Of a DNA stretch of 64,000 nucleotides, positions 53,286 through 64,000 are shown piece after piece. The notes under the pieces were generated by a model that had not been told where the DNA came from, searched no databases, and saw nothing but the letters and a program-made list of their open reading frames with translations. Location of the stretch: positions 94,471 through 158,470 of the forward strand of contig NW_014577077.1 in assembly GCF_000485595.1 (NCBI RefSeq), given 5' to 3'. Positions within the stretch are counted from its first letter, which is position 1, and every line of letters starts with the position of its first letter. This DNA comes from Priapulus caudatus (lineage: Eukaryota). Position numbers and translations under genes: made by a program.

Positions 53286-56200
53286 CATAACCAGAATATG
53301 AAATAAAATGCTGTTATATGTATTACATTATTACATCTATTGCTATAATGTACTATATCTTCTGCCACGCGGAATGTCTACTATTAAAATACAAAAGTAG
53401 ACGCAACATTACCGTAAATCTAACAGTTTTAATAGTTAGAAATATAGTAGACTAAGTCATACAATTTTCTATAGAGTTATAATTAGCATCACTAGTATAA
53501 AGGCGTATAAATTGTCAGCGCTACGTGAAAGCTGTCAGAAGGATGATGAATTCATTCCACAATATAAAAAAAGCAACGGGAACGGTTGGCGACATGGCGG
53601 AGGGGGAACGTACGTATCACTATATCACTGCTCACGCCCGGCGGGATAAAACCCAATCACGGTGAGTGACGCTGTAAACAGTAGTGAAGCTACGACACTA
53701 TAGGTAGTCAAACTATATCTAGTATATTACGTAAGCGTCTATGTATGTAGCGATGCTGTGAAACATTATATAAAGTTATTCCCGTGTTGTTCGTACAATT
53801 GGCACTGGAAGTACTGCCGTTGGGAATTTGGTTGGCATTGGTTTAGTGCCGTTACGGTGATTCTTGCTGGGAATTCACCAATTTTCTCCTGCATACGTTT
53901 ACATCTAAACAAAATAATCGTCACGTTATTGTTAACTTAATTGTCCACTTGGGGCCCGGCGTCAGAAACAAAATACGCCTTAACTTTACGATATTCCTGC
54001 CAACAGGCCCTTGATGCAGTGCAACCAAACATATTTCCCATAAGATTCCCTAAACCTGGTTCGCAAACAAGTGGGCATCAGCTATTTGGAATTTTCCTGT
54101 AGTGGTTCCTTCCAAAATGTATCGCAGTTTCCCAATTATCGAAAAAAAACATTTCAGCTTCATAGATTTTTAAAAGAAGATGGCGTTTTTGTAACATTAA
54201 CCTATTTACACTTTTTGACTACTATTTTTACACGCTGTAAAAGTGGGACTGGCGTTCCCCATTGACGACTCTCTGTATTAACCAGCTATATATAGTGTTT
54301 ATCAGGGTCCAGTTTCTCTTATGCCTCATTTTGGATAACCTCGAATTTTATATCGGACGCTTCTGTTTCGAAAATTACGTGAATGATTTCACACTATTTA
54401 GTGTAGTTAATTTCAGATTACTTTAGCAGCGAGTTACAAAGCCTGCCGGCTACCTCATGCATTCGCACGTCAGGTAGAAGATTTTGACGTGAACTGTGTC
54501 TTCTGAAATGTTACAGATGACTACCTGAATTAAATATAGCAGCTGAATTCTGAATTTTCTCTCAGATCGACTCATTGGCTCCCTAATTATAAAAAAAACT
54601 CTAAAATTCATAAAAGCGTTATGAAGATAATTTTTGCCCCAATTGTTGGGAAGATCCGTGACGTTTTAAATATTTAAAAATCTAGTTAGGTCATGCAATG
54701 CTTTCAGATCGGCGATAGGTCATTGATGCGTGCACAGACGCTGACGGCTAGCATGGATGTCATGGAAAACGAGTTGGGTGGTGAGGCACAGGCTGGTCAC
54801 GCAGCATACCGGCTATGCCGGGCAGAATGCTAGCTAACCATAATCTAACAGACATTACACGCAAATATAATTTGTGAGATTTCCCAGGGCAATTGCTGAC
54901 CGGTTGGTTTCCTCCAGGCTATCGTTATCTAGATCTATCGGATGGTTTGTAATTTAGACAAGAAGCTGGACTGCCCCCTCTTGAATAGTCCAGCTGAGTG
55001 TAGGCCAGATCCGGTACCAATCCTCTAATGCCGTTCGATCTCGCAGCTAGTCCTAGGGCTCAGACTAAGAAGGGAATTTACATTTAAAATGTGAAAGAGT
55101 GGCGTAAGTGTTGCGCAGAGATACGCATACAGCGTGTATGAAAGTTGAAACAGCACATATGCAGCGTCAAGGATGCGTTACGAACGCAGCTTAAAACCTT
55201 TCCAACTGATTCGCATCGAGACTAGCACACATCTACGACTAGATGCTTCTACTACGTATTAGGACTACTCATCACTACTACGAGTACTATATGAGATTAC
55301 TCACATGGACACGATCTCATGCAAGGACACACTAATGTGGTTACTGTCGTAATCGGATTGGAAAAGTTGTTTTACTGCATTTGTTTCGACTATTGCGCAG
55401 GCTATCCCTATTATGCACACTTCAACAGGAGAACGTATGAAAATATGTGACAGGAATAGTGAATATCGAAAAAGAAGACACCATGTCGTGGATGTTGGTG
55501 TGAGGCAACAGTAAACTGAATTTTCATAAACATGCGTTACGATTTCGATTCATTAACAGTGCGTCCTGCAGGGAGCAAGGAAGAAAGAACGTACCACAGG
55601 AGAAAAAAAGCCACGGGGCTTAACTGGCTGCTCATTATCTACGGAGGCAATAATGAACAAACCGAATTAAATTTTAAAACGGGAAAGGTTCTATTTATAG
55701 CGCACGATATGATAATAATATTAAGGGGAAATGTCACAGAATATGTTTCGGTTAAGTCTTATAACACGGGATATGAGAATTTCACAAGAAATAACGCCGC
55801 CAGCGTGTATATTACGACGGAATGTGGAAATATAAACGTATCTGGAATAAACGCTTTGCATAAATTTCCATTGATTATAAATGAGGAAATATCACACAAT
55901 CATTTTACTGGAATTCTATTATGGAACCATCTGAGACTTTAATGAAAATGCGTGTGTCTCGACTGCGATATACCACTGTAGGTTACGACGTATGCGTTAT
56001 GACATTGCAAGCACCTCGACAACTGCGGCTAGACAATGGGTAACGATATAAGGTGCCGACCGTTTAGAGATATGGTGGCATGAGTGATGTAAAATTACAA
56101 AAAAATACTTACCACGAGAAACCCAGGTAACTCATACTGAACGGATAGCAATAACAATATATGTTCCAAGTACACCTAAGTAAGATGGCAATTTGTACAG

Positions 56201-56310
56201 ACACAGAGCAATTGAAATCCCGTAAGGTAAATATAACGAGATTAAAACTGTGGTGTAATAATTTTTTTTTTTAATTACGCATATCCCATGTAATAAATTT
56301 TAAACCGATA

Positions 56311-56368
<58 letters not shown>

Positions 56369-56385
56369 NNNNNNNNNNAATATTT

Positions 56386-59340
56386 CGTCAGCTGGTGTCC
56401 GAATGATGGTATTACGAAAGTCGGATGTTAATCATTTGGCCACTGACCCCAAATGACCCCAAAGTTTTGCTGTTTACCCACCTATTTTTACTTCATTTCT
56501 ATCATGTCTTTACAAATTGCGCACATCGATAACATATATTAACTTCAGGTGGGATACACGGAAGAAGGGAAGTAATCGTGTTAATTCTACAGGTGTCACC
56601 TAATTACTTCAGACGGACCCAAATTACGCGTTGCCCCCTCCATATTGCGGGAATATTACACGTGACGTACGCGCGTAGTACAGTGTTGGCGCGATTAACC
56701 TTACATGCACGTGCACGGTCCTCCAGCAAAGCAGCTGATACCACAGCTTAAAATCTTGCCAACGTGCAACGTAGTCGCAACAGTGATACACTCATTAGTG
56801 ATCTCTATAAACTACGGTGCTGGAAGAATCAGTGGTTACACACGGCTGACACGATCTTGGCCTTGTCATGGTTGCGGTAACGGCCGCTACGTGAAAGAGC
56901 AATAACGTTTTTCCGCTCTCATGACAGCTCTTATTTTACGACACCGAGTTTCAACATTCGAAGACGCTGTGGCGTGGAACAGCGAAGCCATTAACGACCG
57001 AGATCCTAGACTGTAGTGGGAATTTGCGACGGAGAGGCGCGGGGTGGGATCTATAGTACAGTGCGCAGACTTCGAGCAGAAATTGCGGTTTCGAAACAAA
57101 GCAGTGACAACTGTACAGGATATAGCTGTTCCCTTATCTCATCTCAAGCTTTACAATTTTTTGGTGAATTATTTATCAGTTAATCATGATGTAAATAATG
57201 TAAGGCAACATTATCAATAATGTGCTGCGTAATACAGAGGAAAGCCATATTTTCTCGGCCTAGAACCTGGGTGCATGTGAGCTGATGAGAAGCCTCAGGA
57301 ACGCAGTGAATAGCTAGGGAGAATAGCCAGGGAGAATAGCTATAGGGAGAATAGCCAGGCAGAATAGCTAGGGAGAATAGTTATAGGGAGAATAGTCGGC
57401 TAATTTTCCATGACGCTGGTCAAAACAATCAAAACACGAATGTACTAGTCAGGAATTAGAAAATCACATATAGTTTACATATAGGCGTATATTTCAGCTA
57501 CCTCTCTGAATTACAACTTCAGCGCTACATTACATACATTGCCACGATATATTACATTGGCATATTGTTACATTAAATCTGCTAAAGTTAATGCTCGGGC
57601 CATCCTTGTTCGTAAATGATGTACCTTCAAGATATACTCAAAACGCGGATATCAATTATATTACTATTAGATTATTTCTTATATAATTAACAACAAGGTA
57701 ACATTAATAAACGGCTATACCATACCATTCAGTGTCACCATAGATATATATAAACACAAATGGTGTCACTCGCTGCACTCTCAATGCATTTTTTTGCTGT
57801 TACTTCGCAAGGCTATAGCTAGCACCATGTGCAGATTCTCTCAGAATTAGTACATTTCTGCACTATTATTTATTTATGCAGTTATTCACAGTCTCCAAAA
57901 CGCAGTCCAGGTGCTTTAAATTCAGGCCAAATGAACAAGGCACTAACGAGAGCACATACAAATAATATAGTATATATAGTCATAGTATAGCGCTTATAGT
58001 AATGTGAAGGATGTTTTCTGTTTACCCAGTATCATGCATGAGTTCGCACATGCCCAGCAGCTTTAAGTACACGTGGGTACCAGCAGGTCACAAGTTATGT
58101 ACGCTAACCACTAAAACGTAAAACACATTTCGAAACTCACGGGACGCCATCTTTTTACAATCTTCGGAGGCTAACAGGCTAATCAATGCCTGACATTTCT
58201 CAAGGGGTAGAAAGTATTTTGAGAGTCAGGTGAAAAATATTTTACGGTCATTATTCTATTTTAAAAACAGTTCACATTTATCACGTATCTTCTATATAAC
58301 AATATTTTAATATAGTAATGTAGCCCAAATCTGATTAATTAAATGTTTAGCATCAAACTTGGAATTAACATTTTTTTACTATATTACCTAATATGATCAT
58401 GTGGATTGACGTGTAATATTAAAAAATATTTAGTACTTGTAATTATATATAATATATTTTTGATGAACAATTAATCGGTATACTTGTATAATTTTACCTA
58501 TGCTGCCGCCCACAAATACAACAATAATTAGATGCTGGTCGTTCTAAATAAAACATGACCTCATATTTTTACCATACATGGCTGCATGGTATGTGTGATA
58601 AGTCAGGATACCTATAATATCTTTTCTTCAAATGAATCACGTAATTATATTTTCGTGTTTATTGCGATAATGCGTAATCTAGTAAAAGCGACATACATTC
58701 ACAAGTAACAGTCTTGTGAATAACAATTGGTGCCAACAGCCAGCAAATAACTTAAGGTTGTAAATAAAATGAAATAAAACACACACGCACGCGCGCGCTC
58801 GCGCACGCACGCACTTTATCCCGAGCTAAAGTTATCCCGCTTCAGAAGCGGGCTTAAGTCGTGTGCAGTATAAAAGGGGTCTCATATACAATAGTCTATC
58901 GAGTAGCCTAAGCATGCATTGTTACAGTGTTATAAAATGTGTGCGAATGTGCTCAAGTGCGCGAGCGCGTGCGTGCCGGCGTCGACTAAATATCGCGGCT
59001 ACATTGTTTTGTTTCAGAGATTCAGAGCACCCCCTTTTATTACATTGTAGTTATCCACAATTTTGTTTACACTGTTTGGCCCTAGCTCTCCTGTATAGAA
59101 AACAGTTGCATGGCACAGTCCTTTATACACGGCTCTTACTCCTTGCATAAGTGAATCTTAAATTCGTCTACACGACGAACCTTAACTCGAGTTAAGCGTC
59201 TACACGGGGCCTTAACTCGAGTTAAGGTAACTCGAGTTACCTTAACTCGAGTTAAGGCCCCGTGTAGACGCTTAATTCGAGTTAGCGAATAGAACATAAC
59301 TCCACGATAGGCGGCAGCACTAGTACGATGTACGTACACA

Positions 59341-59394
<54 letters not shown>

Positions 59395-62300
59395 CGCACA
59401 CACGCACACACGCACACACCAAGTTCTACGGTATCGCTTCGCATCGCCATCGCGTACGGGGAATGCTCTCTAAAAAGGAGGGAGGGATTGAGAGAGCAAG
59501 CGAGCCCCTAGGGGGACGGGTCTATAACGATGCATTATCTGCTAGAATTAAACACGTTGACGAGTTTTCCTAACAGACCATACCATGTACGACTCTACGA
59601 ATTTTAGGAGATATACACCACGTCTTCTCGAGCCATGGTTCAACAGAAAGCGGGTATTGTAGATCTGGCAAGAAGTGCGATAAATTTATATAACAACTAT
59701 TTGCAGCCAAACATTCACTTAAAATAAAATCAAGTTTACCTCCAAAATACTACAGCAATATACAAAACCAGCCTCCTCAAGCCCCGTGCATAATCTTAAA
59801 ATACGAAATTTTCAGGATTCTAGGAGGAACCAGGGATTAGGACGCATGGCGATCTTATAATGCGAAATAACATCAGAAAATAACATATCAACTTCGCACT
59901 GAACCAAATTAATGTACAATCTATGGATGTAGGTCGTCAAACGAATTAAGACGAGGATAAACACTCACCGTTTATAAATATGTATGTTACTCAAATATGC
60001 GTGATAGACTAAACGGTAGGGTGTCGATGAAAGACAATCAAACAAATCAATATCACAACGGTGAATCTTATATCATTTAAATGATTTTTTAAAATTACAT
60101 TTGCTTCACAAACTATTTTATATATAAGACGTGGTAGTGTTGCCTTTCTAGCGATAATGTTTCCTACAGTAATATTGAGCATGTCTATGAATTTTGTCCT
60201 CAGCATGAGCACTATTGCGAGCACCTGGGCAGTGACAATGCTATGCATTTCTAATGCGTCTCTGACTCTAAGTAATGACGTTTGGAAGGTTCAAACTTTC
60301 GTTGTTGGGCACTTTGTCAGATTAGTTTTACATTTTACATAAGCTGCATGTTTTTCCCAGCCTTTCTGTTTTTCTACAGCAAGAGTTTTGACTCGTTGTT
60401 TTCCTAGATTGTGGTTAGTTTTATTACGCTTTATATTCCTCAAAGATGTTTCCTACGCCTATGCCTGCCTATAGTTCGAGGCCTATCGCCCAAAATTGAT
60501 GAATGCGAAAACACCACGCAGAGATAATAACATTTATCATGAATCGATGCCTATTGGCGCATTTACACCTACGTCATAAGTACGTCATCACCTACGTCAC
60601 CTACGTCATAAGTACGTACCTGTTAACGATTCATACTATCTTGAGTCTTATTGTTCTTCGGGAAATTTTGCTGTGCTGTCAACCTGCTATGCTATAGCGA
60701 TTTTAACATAATGCAGCAATTCAACGGTTCTTGTATCCATCAGTATAAAATGTCTCTGTAATCATGTCCCGTGGAGAATTTATCAGATGTAGAATTGCAG
60801 CAGCTAATGGATTAGATGCGATTTGATACAAAGCAGAACTACACTACACCCATGTCGCACGCACGCATTACTATATCCATGCCATAGTACATGTGAGATT
60901 ATCAGGAGTACGTCGTGACACGTTATAGTGTCTCATATTCTATTTGACACATCAATTAGAGATAATTAACACCTTCCATTCATCCTTTTTTCCGTTTTCC
61001 CGTTTAGTAGCACTTTAATGGTGGAGGTTTTCTCAATGATGGCACTAACCAACTAGCATAGCACGTACACATTCCATATGAGAACATCGTACGACGCGAG
61101 CGCACGCACACACATTCTGTCACCGTATTCAGATAGAGGCCGAGTAATCTAGTGGGCAGCATCCTTAACAGGTTGGCATTTGCAGTGCATTACTAGCACT
61201 CGGCGTGTAGTGACAGGCCGCCAAGTGAGAACCTGTAACATACGGCCAAAGTATGGTCAGCTATATGCATCTATCTGTTCAGCGTCGGATAAATTGATTG
61301 GGAGTGCATCCGATGAGATTGACACCCCTGTAGTCGGATCCCGCGGATCAATCAAAGCGAGGGAAACATTTAATATATATCCGGTGCCGTGCATTTCAGC
61401 TGTTTAGGATATATTTCGCTACTGCCAATCCCCGACACACGTTACTGTGTGACAATAATATATCACTACATGCACGTTTATGACGATTTCCTTCTCTTGT
61501 AGAGATTGACTTACATATAATGAATCGGTAGGGGACTCGGTGTACATGCACAGCCACAATGAGATTCATCCATTTCTACTTCCAACATAACCCTATCTCA
61601 CTGTACGATGTCACATAACCCTTGGAGTAATAAGCTGACTACTCAGCTTATTACTCCAAGCATAACCAGAATATGAAATAAAATGCTGTTATATGTATTA
61701 CATTATTACATCTATTGCTATAATGTACTATATCTTCTGCCACGCGGAATGTCTACTATTAAAATACAAAAGTAGACGCAACATTACCGTAAATCTAACA
61801 GTTTTAATAGTTAGAAATATAGTAGACTAAGTCATACAATTTTCTATAGAGTTATAATTAGCATCACTAGTATAAAGGCGTATAAATTGTCAGCGCTACG
61901 TGAAAGCTGTCAGAAGGATGATGAATTCATTCCACAATATAAATTTTACAGCATCGCTACATACATAGACGCTTACGTAATATACTAGATATAGTTTGAC
62001 TACCTATAGTGTCGTAGCTTCACTACTGTTTACAGCGTCACTCACCGTGATTGGGTTTTATCCCACCGGGCGTGAGCAGAGATATAGTGATACGTACGTT
62101 CCCCCTCCGCCATGTCGCCAACCGTTCCCGTTGCTTACATTATATAAAGTTATTCCCGTGTTGTTCGTACAATTGGCACTGGAAGTACTGCCGTTGGGAA
62201 TTTGGTTGGCATTGGTTTAGTGCCGTTACGGTGATTCTTGCTGGGAATTCACCAATTTTCTCCTGCATACGTTTACATCTAAACAAAATAATCGTCACGT

Positions 62301-64000
62301 TATTGTTAACTTAATTGTCCACTTGGGGCCCGGCGTCAGAAACAAAATACGCCTTAACTTTACGATATTCCTGCCAACAGGCCCTTGATGCAGTGCAACC
62401 AAACATATTTCCCATAAGATTCCCTAAACCTGGTTCGCAAACAAGTGGGCATCAGCTATTTGGAATTTTCCTGTAGTGGTTCCTTCCAAAATGTATCGCA
62501 GTTTCCCAATTATCGAAAAAAAACATTTCAGCTTCATAGATTTTTAAAAGAAGATGGCGTTTTTGTAACATTAACCTATTTACACTTTTTGACTACTATT
62601 TTTACACGCTGTAAAAGTGGGACTGGCGTTCCCCATTGACGACTCTCTGTATTAACCAGCTATATATAGTGTTTATCAGGGTCCAGTTTCTCTTATGCCT
62701 CATTTTGGATAACCTCGAATTTTATATCGGACGCTTTCTGTTTCGAAAATTACGTGAATGATTTCACACTATTTAGTGTAGTTAATTTCTGATTACGTTA
62801 GCAGCGAGTTACAAAGCCTGCCGGCTACCTCATGCATTCGCACGTCAGGTAGAAGATTTTGACGTGAACTGTGTCTTCTGAAATGTTACAGATGACTACC
62901 TGAATTAAATATAGCAGCCGAATTCTGAATTTTCTCTCAGATCGACTCATTGGCTCCCTAATTATAAAAAAAACTCTAAAATTCATAAAAGCGTTATGAA
63001 GATAATTTTTGCCCCAATTGTTGGGAAGATCCGTGACGTTTTAAATATTTAAAAATCTAGTTAGGTCATGCAATGCTTTCAGATCGGCGATAGGTCATTG
63101 ATGCGTGCACAGACGCTGACGGCTAGCATGGATGTCATGGAAAACGAGTTGGGTGGTGAGGCACAGGCTGGTCACGCAGCATACCGGCTATGCCGGGCAG
63201 AATGCTAGCTAACCATAATCTAACAGACATTACACGCAAATATAATTTGTGAGATTTCCCAGGGCAATTGCTGACCGGTTGGTTTCCTCCAGGCTATCGT
63301 TATCTAGATCTATCGGATGGTTTGTAATTTAGACAAGAAGCTGGACTGCCCCCTCTTGAATAGTCCAGCTGAGTGTAGGCCAGATCCGGTACCAATCCTC
63401 TAATGCCGTTCGATCTCGCAGCTAGTCCTAGGGCTCAGACTAAGAAGGGAATTTACATTTAAAATGTGAAAGCGTGGCGTAAGTGTTGCGCAGAGATACG
63501 CATACAGCGTGTATGAAAGTTGAAACAGCACATATGCAGCGTCAAGGATGCGTTACGAACGCAGCTTAAAACCTTTCCAACTGATTCGCATCGAGACTAG
63601 CACACATCTACGACTAGATGCTTCTACTACGTATTAGGACTACTCATCACTACTACGAGTACTATATGAGATTACTCACATGGACACGATCTCATGCAAG
63701 GACACACTAATGTGGTTACTGTCGTAATCGGATTGGAAAAGTTGTTTTACTGCATTTGTTTCGACTATTGCGCAGGCTATCCCTATTATGCACACTTCAA
63801 CAGGAGAACGTATGAAAATATGTGACAGGAATAGTGAATATCGAAAAAGAAGACACCATGTCGTGGATGTTGGTGTGAGGCAACAGTAAACTGAATTTTC
63901 ATAAACATGCGTTACGATTTCGATTCATTAACAGTGCGTCCTGCAGGGAGCAAGGAAGAAAGAACGTACCACAGGAGAAAAAAAGCCACGGGGCTTAACT
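56386..64000 (+). repeat. Copy 2 of the duplication (starts 7 bp after the N gap, runs off the window)
   Basis: As above; the offset grows from 7850 to 8375. Confidence 0.95.
58815..59336. mobile_element. ~520-bp insertion present only in copy 2, containing a ~100-bp palindrome
   Basis: Absent at the homologous (gcac)n tract at ~50960-50990. Palindrome at 59183-59284. Confidence 0.7.

Larger units (their letters stand above)
48536..55625 (+). repeat. Copy 1 of a >=7-kb near-identical duplication
   Basis: Colinear with 56386-64000 apart from sparse SNPs, small indels, one insertion and one inversion. Confidence 0.95.

Noticed and set aside
55532..55942. 136-aa plus-strand ORF
   Set aside because: No recognisable domain, splice context or coding-like composition.
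59181..59285. CRISPR-like repeated palindromes
   Set aside because: No unique constant-length spacers, no cas genes, eukaryotic context.

Overview
Eukaryotic genomic DNA from an invertebrate animal (lophotrochozoan-like, inferred only from repeat types and protein divergence), with two 10-N gaps (11974-11983, 56369-56378). Two intron-containing genes converge tail to tail. On + are the last four coding exons of the E3 ubiquitin ligase UBR3 (2025-9915). On - is most of a SRCIN1/KIAA1217 (p140Cap/SKT, AIP3-domain) family adaptor gene (at least 38023 to 15789; the 5' end is unresolved). All exon phases were checked by hand and join in frame. The UBR3 intron 2208-8931 is almost entirely a three-layer nested insertion: a 6-bp-TSD TIR element contains a Helentron/HINE-like satellite element, which contains a long-TIR Academ (XPG + Cys-finger type) transposon with a TAT TSD. 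The whole stack sits 15 nt upstream of the next exon. The adaptor gene carries an array of six frame-preserving phase-1 small exons (33-87 nt) plus a candidate alternative last exon ending E-W-L-V*. The last 15.5 kb is a near-identical duplication across an assembly gap, probably two haplotypes, differing by a ~520-bp palindrome-bearing insertion and a ~190-bp inversion. Several MITEs and many microsatellites are present. No prokaryotic systems, CRISPR arrays, rRNA or tRNA genes were recognised.
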